In this document: in pieces, positions 40,956 to 53,196 of the stretch
How positions within the stretch are numbered: the first letter of the stretch is position 1
How the letters are laid out: every line of letters starts with the position of its first letter
Source: Geosiphon pyriformis uo1
Taxonomy: Eukaryota; Fungi; Glomeromycota
DNA: 64,000 nt
Direction of reading: 5' to 3'
Assembly (NCBI GenBank): GCA_016748015.1
Contig: JAAOMT010000776.1
Location: forward strand, 1 to 64,000
Program-made: the position numbers and the translations under genes
The notes under the pieces: generated by a model
Databases searched by the model: none
What the model was told of the DNA's origin: nothing
The model's input: the letters and a program-made list of their open reading frames with translations, nothing else

Positions 40956-41831
40956 TGTTACTCATGGAATATAGGAAGGATACTAGCATAAATTGCCCAT
41001 ATTTATCTAGACACAGTAAATGTAAAATTCCAGGATTCTTCTTAGAAAAATTGCAGGATTCCAGGAATTTCAGAATTCTTGTACAAAAAATCACAGGATT
41101 TCAGAATTCTAGGATTTCTCTTAAAAGAATTGTAGGATTCCAGAAATTCTAGGATTCCTGGTGTAAAGAATTAAGGAATTGAAGAATCTCAATTATGTAT
41201 ATATATAGCAGTAGTGCTAAAAGTAGAAAAAAAAAATCTTTTAGTTAGAGACCTCCCAGTTTAGATTTAATCTAAGCAATCTTCCATTCACAAATATTAA
41301 ATAAATAATTATTCACTATCTCAATCCACACTTTACTATCAACACTTTATGTTAATAGCAATTAATACTTAAAAACACTAGAACAATAGTTCTTGATTAT
41401 GGCTATTGATGGAATACTAACTTGTAATTACTTTTGTTTATTTCTTTATCTTTTTCTTTATTTTTATTTTCTTTCTTGTTGTGATCTTATTGTTGTGTAC
41501 TAATTGATTAAGAATTAAAGCACTAAATTATTGACATCACAAATAGCCTAGTAAAAGACCCAGAGATAAGAGTAAGAATATATATATTAACGGATAGTTT
41601 ACCAGAAGAACACAACTACCAGAATAAATTGGCCACCACACTAAAGATGGAAATTGAAAAAACAACTCACCAACTATGTCATCATCAAATTTCTGTCTAT
41701 TATACAAAAAGCTCAACTCTAAAACCTTTAAATACAACTAACGTACCAGTATTACCAACATTATTAAAATATTGAACACTAAGTTATGGATTTGTTATTT
41801 GATTTGAGACCCCAAATAATTATTTGTAACA
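40956..41831 (+). repeat. 3' LTR of B
   Basis: Preceded by PPT, followed by TSD ATGG. Confidence 0.95.
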
Positions 41832-44560
41832 ATGGCTTGTGCTTGTGTGGTTAAATTGTTTTTTTCCATAAATTGTTTAAGTTGTTGTAATATTTTTGGG
41901 TCAAATAATTGCTTTGTTTTATCCATATATAAGTTTTGAATATTCAAGTATTGTCTTAAGCAGAAATAACAAAATTTTTTTGGAAATTCTTGTATTCACT
42001 ACTTCCAAGTTTTTTTGATCAATTTTTGATATGGGGTGACTCTTGTTGGCTCTTTTATTGCCAATTTTATTTTTAAAATTATTTTGTTAATAATGTTTTC
42101 TGGTTTTCTCTGTACTTTGTATTGAAGTATTTTTCTGGTATCTCTGTATCAAATGGTTTGCTGGTTGATAGTAATTTTCATATTCAGATATGTGGATATT
42201 ATATTACAAGTCATATATAAATAAGAAGAATGTTATTTGCTTTAACCAGAACAATTGAAATAAATGAACTTAGGAAATCTAGACCCATTTCAATAAATGC
42301 AACTTAAAATATTGTTTAACAATTTTACTAATATCTTTGCCAGTAAAAATGAATTTGGCAGAACTGACATTATTCAACACCAGATCAAGACTAAAGATAC
42401 AATGTCAATCAAACAATGAACATACAGAGTACCACCAGCAAGCCATAATATCATTTGACAAGAAATCAACCAGATATTAGACAATGGGTTAATTCAACTA
42501 TCAATGAGTCCATAATTATTACCAGTGGTATTAGTCCATAAGAAGAATGAAAAAATTCACTTTTGTGTGAATTATAAAAAACTCAATAGTATTATTCATA
42601 AAGACAGCTACCTAACTTCATAAATTCAGAAATTATTTGACACTTTTGCAGAAAAGAAATAATTTTTTAGATAGTAATTACTAACAAGTAGCTATAAAAC
42701 AAAAAGAAAACTGTGTTTACCACAAGACAAGAGAATTTTGAGTTTAAAGTAATGCCATTTGGCTTAACCAATACTCCAGCCACTTTCTAATAACTTATAG
42801 AAATTGTTTATATTGAATTGTTATAGAAATTAGTAGTTGTTTATCTGAATAACACTAATGTATTCTCAGAAACATTTGATAATCATTTTTATTATCTATA
42901 GCAAGTGTTTAAAAAACTCAGAAGAGATAAATTAAAACTAAATACAAACAAGTGTTTCTTTGGCAAAACAGAACTGAAATTTTTAGGGCATATTGTAAGC
43001 AAAAATGGAATTAAGACAGATTCAGACAAGATTGAGATCGTTAAAAACTTTCTAGTACCAACAAATTTACAAAATTAAGAGCATTTTTGAGATTTGCTGA
43101 ATACTATTACTGTTTTATTCAAAACTTCTCCAAACTGGCTCAACTATTTTACCAACTCCAAACTAAAAACATGAAATATAAATAAAATAAAATTCAGCAA
43201 GAAGCTTTTGACATTCTAAGAAGAAAGCTTATTTAAGCACCAGTATTAATCTATTCAGATCACAGTAAGCCATTCATTATTACCACTGATGTATCTGATC
43301 AAGCATTGGAAATCATACTATTTCAGAAAGGACTGGATAAATGAGAACATTTAGTAGCATATACCAGCCAAAGCTTAAGTCCAGCAGAAAAAAACTATGA
43401 AACACCAGTATTAAAACACTTAAATATTTATTGAGCAGTTACCAAATGGAAAGAGTATTTAAGCCAAAAGTTTGAAATATACACTGATCACAAAGAATTA
43501 ACATTAATTTAAAAGCAAAAATTTGGAAATAACTACCATGCCACATAGAAAATAAAACTTTCACTATTCAAATATACAATATATTATAAAAAGGGAAAAA
43601 AAAACAGAAATGCTGACAGTTTGTTATAAATAAAACAAATCTAAGAACATTTCAACTCAAAAATATAACAAAAAGATGAATACACAAAAATATTAACAAC
43701 TTTAGTATTATATTAATACTCAGCAGTTCAAGGAAAAATTATTTTAAAAAGAACAAAACAACATAAAACAACAATCAAAGTATTTTATTACTTATCAAAA
43801 TATATTATATTAGAAAAATAGAAAAGATTCAAATCAACTATTCAGGGTAATTACAAAACCAAAAAAGGAAACAATATTATACAACATGTACTCAGATCTG
43901 ACAGCAAGACATTTTTATAAAGAAGCAATTATAAAAAGAGCCAGAAAAAGATATTATTGGTCATTGATGTATCCAGATATCACCCAATATGTTTAAAATT
44001 GTGATGTTTGTTAGAGAAAAAAAAAACTAAACCCAGTGAACTGTTAAGACCAATTAAAATAGGACAACTATTTGATCAAATTGGAATTAACTTAGTCAAA
44101 TCATTAACAATAATCAATAGAGACAATCAATATATAACAATAGTCATAGATTATCTCACAAAATAGCCAAAAACAAAAGCAATTCAAAGAGCAGATGCAA
44201 AATTTGTAACCAAATTTATCTATCAAGATTTGATTTGTTGACATGGATGTTCAAAAAAATTATTATCAAACCAAAAAACTCACTTTGTAAACAGAACATT
44301 AACAAAATTAAGTCAAAAATTTGAAATTAAAAAACCATTATTATTACTATATTATTCATAAACAAATGGCTTAGTTAAAAAATTCAACAAAACATTATTA
44401 CAGAAGGGTTTTCTTGGTATATTTTAATTGTTAATATTCCATTTTAATTGCAATTAGTCTCTTGTGAGTTCTTCAATTTTATGTGTTGAATATTAATGAT
44501 AATATACTAAAAATTTTCTCTTAATATTGTGATGTAAGTCTTTTCTTTTTAATTCTCTGT

Positions 44561-45410
44561 TATTACTCATAGAAATATAAAGAATATATATTAGCATAGT
44601 TATTAGCCAATCAGAAGTAGACATAGTAAAATGTGGAATTCCAGGATTCCTCTCAGGAATTGCAGGATTCCAGAAATTACAGGATTCCAGGAATTACAGG
44701 ATTCTCACAAGGAATTGTAAGATTCCAGAATTCCAAGATTCCTCTCAAAGGAATTGCAGAATTCCTGTTGTAAAGAATTGAGAAATTGAGGAATCTCAAT
44801 TATGTATATATAGCAGTAGGATTAGAAGCTAAAAAGACAGACCTCTTAGTTTAAATTTCATCTAGACAACCTTCCAAACACAATAAATAATTATTTGGTA
44901 TCTCAAACCTAATTCTACTATCAATACTTCATGTTGATAGTAATTGATACTTAAACACACTGAAACAATAGCTCTTGATCATGGCTATTGATGGAATACT
45001 GACTTGTAAAATTACCTTGGCTTATTCATGATTTTATTTTATTTCTTTTCTTTATTTTATTTTATTTTGATTTTATTGTTGTGCACTAATTGGTTGAATA
45101 AAGTGCTAGATTACTGACATCAAAGATTGCCTGGTAAAAGACCCCTGCAAGAGGGTAGAACATGTACAAAAAATACAAAATACTTACCAGAGGATTGCCA
45201 ACCATTATACCAAGAAAAGAATTAACAGAATTGTAATTCTGGGAAGCTACGGATAAAACAACTATTAAATCTCTGTCCATTATACAAAGAACTCAAACAC
45301 AAACCTTCAGATACAAAACTTTCAGATTAATAACATCAATGTGAATAACTTTTAGCACCAAGTTATGGGTTTGTTATTTGATTCAACACCCCAAATAGTC
45401 ACCTGTAATA
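44561..45410 (+). repeat. 5' LTR of A
   Basis: Direct repeat of 53840-54674. Confidence 0.95.
44605..44815 (+). promoter_or_regulatory. U3 promoter: CCAAT box, GGAATTCC/GGATTCC repeat array, TATA box
   Basis: AGCCAATC ~44606, array 44635-44770, TATATATAG ~44805; same order in the other type-1 LTRs. Confidence 0.65.
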
Positions 45411-45469
45411 TTTGGTGCTTCCTGTGAGGTATAATCCTACAAAAAACCAGCACCAACACAAATCTAAAA

Positions 45470-48400
45470 GTGGCAGAATCAGAAAACATAGGAGCAAACC
45501 ATCTAGGATTCACAAAATTCTTATTTCAACACTACTGTCAACATTTGGGATTAAATCACAACCACATATTAGTGGAATCAGCTTTCAATTTCTACATCAA
45601 CAAAAGAATTGCCTATCTGTTAGGAACACTAGTAAATATCAAATCAGCAAGAGAAGCCTTTTATAGTAAATTAATTTAAAATATCAACCTGCCAACAAAT
45701 CACAATTTTGCCTTCATCATCATGGAAATCAACAAAAAAATTGAACACTACACACACCAAAGATACCCCATTACTTACGTGAGCAAAGGCAAAAGAAAAC
45801 TGCAAACACCAGCAGTAACACCCAAAAGAATACAACTATCTACTTAAAAGAAAACAAGAGTTGAGTCTTCAACTAATCCATCATACCACTATACACCCAG
45901 AAGTGCCATTAATATTACATCTACTGGCACAGCCACATCAAACACAACATCAGCATTTGGACAATTCCCATTCCAAAGTAAACAAAGGAAAGCAGAGTTA
46001 TTAGGACCATATGATACATATTTTGAAGGATTTAATTCACAATTATCAATGCCATCAGGACTCTAATTGCCACTGCCTCCTCCAAATTTCGGAATTTCTG
46101 ATCCATAAGAAGTAACGGGATCAGAAAAAGAGGAAGAAAAAGAAACTAAAGATCAAGAATTCACTTATCAGAACCCAATCACTGAAAACCCGGAATTTGA
46201 AACCCTGAATCTTCAAACCCAGCAAAATTTAAACCCAGAAAATCTGGAAATCAAAACTCCAAATATTCAGACACCACCAACTCAAGATAATTGAAAACCT
46301 GATTTAATAAATCAACAAAACTTACCTCTAGTAATTGTCATCAATCAACCACCAATTAATCTAATAGCCAAATTCATACAACTGCCACTTCAACTACCAC
46401 CCCAACAACCCATACAACAACAACCACTTCAACTATTACCACAACAACCCAACTTAGATCCAATGGCCTATGCACCCATTGCGAAACTTGACAAATTCAA
46501 TGGTGAAGAAGATGATGCCCAAGTCTGGTTAAATAACATGGCCAAAGCCATTACAGCCAATAATTGGGATAATACTAGAGCAATGCAAGTGATCTCTTAT
46601 TTTCTCCAGGATATCACTGATGCATGGTATCAAAGCCTTGCTGTCAAACCCCAAAATTTTAATGGATTCAAAACTGAATTCTTGTGGTACTTTAGCAACA
46701 ATAATAGTATCAACAAATTAGCCAACACTTTTACCACTATTAGACAAGAGGACACTAAAGCAGTCACTACCTACTTGGAACGCTTCCATAAAAATCTACG
46801 CCAAATACAAGCCATCCAAGCTGACTATTTCACAGTGCCACATATTTTAAATCAATTTATTAGAGGATTGCACAGTAGCATCCTACAACAAATATGTCTA
46901 ATGCACCCAATAAACCTTCCAACCACAGTCACCTATGTTAGGGATTTTAAAGCAGCTAAACTAGAAGTTAATCACGCTCAAGCTGTGAATCTAGCAATAA
47001 ATGGATCATCTGAATTGGATTCCAAATTAAAGCAATTCAGTGATTCAATTAATCAGAAATTAGAGAAATACTTAGCTGACAATTGCACGATTTATCAATC
47101 TTCTCAATGGTGTAACAATTAGGAAAACACGAATCATTTCCAAAATCAGTCATGTTCATCATTGTCATCTAATCAGTCATGGCAGCCAGAAACGTGTGTT
47201 TGTCACAACTGTGGTAAACAAAGGCATATCAAAGCCAACTGCCATACTTATAGCAATTCACAATCGGGAAATCAATATAGAAACCCTGATTGCCAGTTCC
47301 AGACTCCAAACCATTAACTGAATTAAAACCAATACCAATTCATTTACCTGCTTATGATGCACCAACCAATTTATTAACCACCAGTTTATCAACCACAGCC
47401 ATAAGCAATTTATCAGACACAGTTACAAGTAATATATCAACCACAGCCACCAGCAATCTATCAAACACCCACCATTCAAATACCACCAGCAAACCCAGCT
47501 CAAATAACATCAGGGAACCCAAGATCGAAGATCACCCAAAATTGGAGATCAGCAATGGTTGTACATCAACTGATCCCCAGCTCTTTCCACTAACAAACAG
47601 GATCTTGTCAGTGGAATTTGGGCACTGGTCTCACCCAAAACCCGAATTCCCAACACTATTTAAGTCTTTTGGTGACTTTAGAAGATGCCGCATTTAGCAA
47701 TCAGAGAATCAAACAACAACAACTACCTATTAATAATATCCCACCTGCTACAATCACCAAAAATAAATCTTTGGATGCCATCTTTCTATTCGAACTTGAA
47801 GAACCATCAGATATGCTATTATTCAGTGAAGCAGCACTCGAAGAGAAACCAATCACTGCCATGTACACTGATGCCAAGGTTGATGGTCACTCCATCAAAT
47901 TAATCCTTGATAGTGGTTCAGCAGGCAGCATCATTACATGACAACTCATGGATCAATTAGGTCACTGAGTTGATTGTGCTGCCAGCACCAGGATTATCAC
48001 TGTAGATGGAGCCACCAAAACCCCAATTGGCGAAATTGATGACTTCCCAATTAAAGTCAATGGCATCATAGTATCTATCAAAGTTCTAATGATGGAAGCC
48101 ATCCAATACCAAGCTTTAATTGGTAATAACTGGCTATTCAAAACCAATACCATGCTCAATTGGATGACTTAAGAACTAGTACTCAGCCAGAATGGTCAAC
48201 ACATGTGAGTACCAGCAATGTGTGGTCACTTCAAAGCTACCAACACCACAGTACCACTAATTGACTTCGAAGAAGAAAAACCAAAACCTACCTAAGAAGC
48301 ATATCAAGTCTTGTGGGCTGATGAAGAACACAACAAGCTGTCGCCAATACTCTCATGAGATGACAACGGCAAAGGAAAACAGAAGGGAACAGAACTTATC

Positions 48401-51400
48401 TGAAATACCAACCAAGCCTGGAACACTGACCACAATTTAAAAGAATCACCAAGTTGGGAATGGGATAAGAGAAAAAAAGGGAAAGAAAAAGTAAAGGAAG
48501 AGGAGCCATTACCAACTGCCAGTTACACTTCTTATACAGATACACCACCACAATTATCGAGCTATTGCTGACCAAAGCTCATATGCGTTGATTGCAGCAA
48601 GAAATTGTCGTCAATAGACGCATGCTGTGGCAATGACAAGGAATACCAGACAGCAACTAAGTTCTATTGCCGTGCATGTCTCATCGAACACTTTGGAAGA
48701 CCAAAACGAGTGGGAAAATAGGATAATACACCATGTTTAGCTTGTGGGGAAACTCTTCTCGACGAAGGAATGTGGAACAACATTCCTGGGAGAGGGAAAA
48801 TATGTGATAAAACCTGCCAGTATACAATTCTAATCAATGACTGGATATGCAAGAGAACACCAATTGACAACGTCTGGAAATGAGCATTATGACAATTAGA
48901 AAGATATCCACATAACAAACATGAACTCTGAAGAATGGTGAGTGTGAAGGCAGAAGGTGCAACAACCAGTGAACTACTAAAAATCAAAAACAACCCTCTA
49001 GCTCTGCCTAAATCTGAATATGTCCTAACGTTTGACGTATTTGGCAACATTGAAGACAATCCAGAAGAATTCTATGAGCACTATCAACGGTTGACACCTA
49101 TTCGAGAAGAACAAGAGCAATGGTTGGAAAAAATAAACACTTGACTATGTGATCACTGTTTGATTCCATGTGACTTTCAATATTGTAATGAGTGTAACCT
49201 TATTTACAATCCACCATTACATATGATCTACACAATCCCAAAGAAAGAAGAACCAATCAGCAACTGTGCATTAGAATCAGAATTGATTTTTAATCCTGAT
49301 TCAAACTCCGACAACAATGATGATAAAAACACTGGTTCCAGCTCTGTCCAATATGGTGAGAACAATGACAATGATTCCAACTCAGATTTAAATCCCAATC
49401 CAAACTATGAACAATATATTGCACTTCCTAACCTCACCAAGGAACAGGAACTTAAATAGTTCAGCGATAATAATGAAAGTATTATGTCAGAACGAGCACA
49501 TAATACTAATGCAGAATTTGATCTGAGATATCCCAGAAAAGACGTCATCAAATTGAAACCACATTCACACATCTGTATTGATCTGAAAGTAGCACTAGAA
49601 ATTCCAGCAAAAACCATAATTCAACTAGCATCTAGGAGTAGTTTAGCAAAAAAAGGGATTAATATAAGAGGAAGAATAATTGACATGGAATATGTAGAAA
49701 ATATTATCATCATGCTACAAAATGATTCTGAAAAGACCTATATTATAGAGCCAAATGAGAAGATAACACAGGCAATATTTCTGCCTCTGGTTAAAATAGC
49801 TCAGTTAGTTTCAGTGAGAAACAGAGAAGAATTAGGGATAACAACAAGAGGGATACAGGAGTTCAAATCAACAGATAGAATAGATGTACTAGTCAATATG
49901 ATGGAAAAAAAAATTATTGGCCAAGGAGAAATTATCTCAGCCAGTCAAACAATTTCCATTCCACCATATAGCCAATACATGTTAGCAATAAAAAGGAGAG
50001 AGAAAGAGCAAGAACAGATTTTTGAAGCAGAAACAACCCTTTGTGAATCAGGAGAAATTGGACTTGTCAATCTACACATACCAGCCAAGAGCCATAACTA
50101 TATCAAAATTCCCATCTACAACAACACCAGAAATATTGTAGAGATACTGAAAAGAACCACTCTCGGATATTTAACCATGAAAATTGAAGATCAAGCACCA
50201 AGCAGCATTCCAGATTTTCCACAGCTTTGTGGATATGTGGACATTATATCACAAATCATCTATAGACAAAACAAATGTTATCTGTTACAGTTAGAACAAT
50301 TGGAACAGATAAACATAAGAAATCTAAATCCACTTCAACAGATGCAACTAAAGATGTTACTTAATAATTTCAATAACATCTTTGCCAGTGAAAACGAATT
50401 TAGCAGAACTGATATTATCCAGCATCAGATCAAGACTAGAGATGCAATGCCAATCAAACAATGAGCATATAAGGTACCACCAGCCAGTCATGAAATCATC
50501 TGTCAAGAAATCAACTGAATGCTTAACAACAGGTTAATTCAGTCATCAATAAGCCCATGGTTGTCACCAGTAGTACTTGTCCATAAGAAGAATGGAAAAA
50601 TCCGATTTTGTGTAGACTACAGGAAACTCAATGATGTAATTCGTGGAGACAGCTATCCAACTCCATGGATACAAGAACTATTTGACACTTTTGGTAGAAA
50701 CAAATGGTTCTCAACATTAGACTTGGATAGTAGTTACTGGCAAGTAGCCATAGATCCAGCCGACAAAAAAAAAACAGCATTTACCACAAGAGAGGGAAAC
50801 TTTGAGTTTAAAGTTATGCTATTTGGTTTGACCAATGCTCCAGCTACATTCCAATGGCTAATGGAAATCGTGTATACCAGCTTATTATGAAAATCAGTAG
50901 TTGTATACTTAAATGACACCAATGTGTTCTCAAAAACATTCAATGATTATCTAGATCATCTCCAACAAGTGTTCAAAAAACTACAATGAGCAAGATTAAA
51001 ATTGAATACAACAAAGTGTTTTTTTGGCAAAACAGAACTAAAATTTTTGGAACACATAGTTAGCAAAGACAGCATAAAAACAGATCTAGAGAAAATAGAG
51101 ATAGTAAAGAACTTTTCAATACCAACTAATATAACTGAGCTGAAATCATTCTTGCAATTATAGACACTTCATAAAAAATTTTTCAAAGATAGCACAACCA
51201 CTCAATGATCTTTAAACCAAAAATGCAAAGTATAAATGGGCTGAAACCCAGCAAGAAGTATTTGACATCTTAAGAAAAAAGCTTATTCAAGCTCCAGTAT
51301 TGATTTATCCAGATTATAGTAAACCATTCATTATCACCACTGATGCATTAGGTCAAGTATTGAGAGCAGTACTATTTTAGAGAGGATCAGATAAAAGAGA

Positions 51401-51698
51401 ACATCCAGTCACATATGCCAGCCGAGATTTAACACCAGCTGAAAAAAACTATGGAACACCAGAATTAGAACATTTAGCAATCTATTGGGCAGTTATGAAA
51501 TGGAAAAAATACTTGAGCCAAAAGTTTGAGGTGTACACAGATCACAAAGGATTGACATCACTCCAAAAACAAGAATTTGAAGACAAAAAACAGTCAAGAT
51601 AGAAAATGGCACTTGCACCATATACTTATACCATACATTATAAAAAGGGAAAAGACAATGGAAATGCCAACAGTTTGTCACAAATGAGACAAATCTAA
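45470..51698 (+). pseudogene. A Gag-PR-Cys-rich-dUTPase-RT-RNaseH polyprotein
   Basis: In-frame fragments 45470, 46463, 47618 (LILDSGSAGSII), 48935, 49160, 49484 and 50519 (RFCVDYRKLN, LDL.S.YWQ, FGLTNAPATFQ). Confidence 0.92.
49484..49880 (+). pseudogene. dUTPase domain of the polyprotein
   Basis: Five motifs: (D)A(G)FDL, ASRSSLA, RG(G)IID..Y, EKI(A)QAIF, RGIQ(G)F(G)ST; also in B (36631) and G. Confidence 0.9.
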
Positions 51699-51759
51699 GA
51701 ACATTTCAACCCAAAAATATAACAAAACCAAAACAATACTCATGAAAATATAACAAAAG

Positions 51760-53142
51760 ATGAACACACAAAAATATCAACAACTTCAACATTATATAGA
51801 TACTTAACAGTTCAAGGAGAAATTATTTCAACCAGAACAAAAGAGGATCAAACAACAATTCAAATATTTTATTACTCACCAAAATATACTTTATCAGAAA
51901 AATAGAAAAGATTTAGATCAACCAACCAGAGTAATTACAGAATCAGAAAAAGAGACAATACTGTTTAACATGCACTCAGATCTAACTGCAAGACATTTCC
52001 ATAAAGAAGCAACCATAAAAAGAACCAGAAAGAGATACTATTGGCCATCAATGTATCCAGACATCATCCAATATATGCAAAATTGTGATGCTTGTCAAAA
52101 AAGAGAAGAAACAAGACCCAGTAAACCATTGAGACCAATCAAAGTGAGACAACCATTTGACTGCATTGGAATTGATTTAGTCAGACCATTGACAATTACC
52201 AGCAGAGACAACAGATATATTGTAATAGCCATGAACTATCTTACTAAATGGCCAGAAGCCAAAGCAATTCAAAAAGCAGATGCAGAATCTGTTGCTGAAT
52301 TTGTTTATCAAGATCTGATTTGTCGACATGGATGTCCAAAAGAACTATTATCAGACCAAGAAACCCATTTTGTGAATAGAACATTAGCAAAACTAAGCCA
52401 AAGATTCGAAATTAAAAGACCACTATTATCACCATACCATCCACAAACCAATAGATTAGTTGAAAGATTTAATAGAACATTGTGTAAAGCAATAGTGAAA
52501 CTCAGCCAAAAAAACTAGGATGAATGGGATTTGTTCATACCATTAGTATTATTTGCTTATTGGACAATAAAGCAAGACACCACACAAGCAACACCATTTG
52601 AATTGATATATGATAGAACAGCAACATTACTAGTTGAAATAGAAGTTAATATATATTTAACTGAACCAATAACAGAAGAGAATTTCTAAGAAACATTGTT
52701 AAGAAAAACATATAACTTAATGGAAACATTAGAAAACAAATAAAGAAGAACAGCTAATAACATACAAAAGTCACAAAAGAAACAGAAAGAAAGACATGAT
52801 AATCAACTACCAGACAAACCAGTTGAATTCAAGATTGAAGACAAAATACTCTTATATCATACCAAAGTGGAAAAACAATGGAGTGGAAAATTTGACCCCA
52901 AATGGGATGAACCATTTTACATAAAAGAAATTCTAGGGAATGGAGCTTACAAATTAAGACTAGATAACAAAATTTTAACCAAAGCAGTACATGGAAATCG
53001 ACTGAAACCATACCACAACATCATACCACTATCTACCAGTAATATTCCACAATTAGAAGTACAGAAGATACTAGTCCAACCAAAAGAGATTTCACGAGAT
53101 CTGGAACCAATCATTATCATTGACAACAATATGTTAAATTAA
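51760..53142 (+). pseudogene. A integrase ORF with its own ATG
   Basis: ORFs 51970-52518 and 52867-53142: HHCC, DD35E, KFDPKWD(G)PFY. Confidence 0.9.
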
Positions 53143-53196
53143 TCCATCAAAAGAATATATAAAGACATGGTAGACACAACAAGAAATATCAGAAAA

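Larger units (their letters stand above)
31731..41831 (+). mobile_element. Full-length dUTPase-carrying Ty3/Gypsy LTR retrotransposon B (inactivated)
   Basis: LTRs 31731-32605 and 40956-41831 (TGTTAC...GTAACA); TSD ATGG on both sides; PBS 32608-32624; PPT 40940-40955. Confidence 0.96.
30715..42186 (-). mobile_element. Ty3/Gypsy element C, 3' remnant (3' LTR 30715-31499, PPT, ORF3), interrupted by B
   Basis: Inverted type-1 LTR; reverse PPT 31500-31515; ORF3 antisense at 31516-31730 and 41832-42186. Confidence 0.88.

Noticed and set aside
44561-45410. Ribozyme or 5S rRNA (Cassandra-like) in the LTRs
   Set aside because: No hammerhead, hairpin-ribozyme or 5S core motifs recognisable in the required order; an Infernal/Rfam scan would settle it
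47290-47697. Overlapping S/T-rich ORF inside gag (also 20273-20668)
   Set aside because: Probable shadow frame of the CAA/CCA-rich Gln/Pro region; it starts at a non-ATG codon and the true frame is open in B
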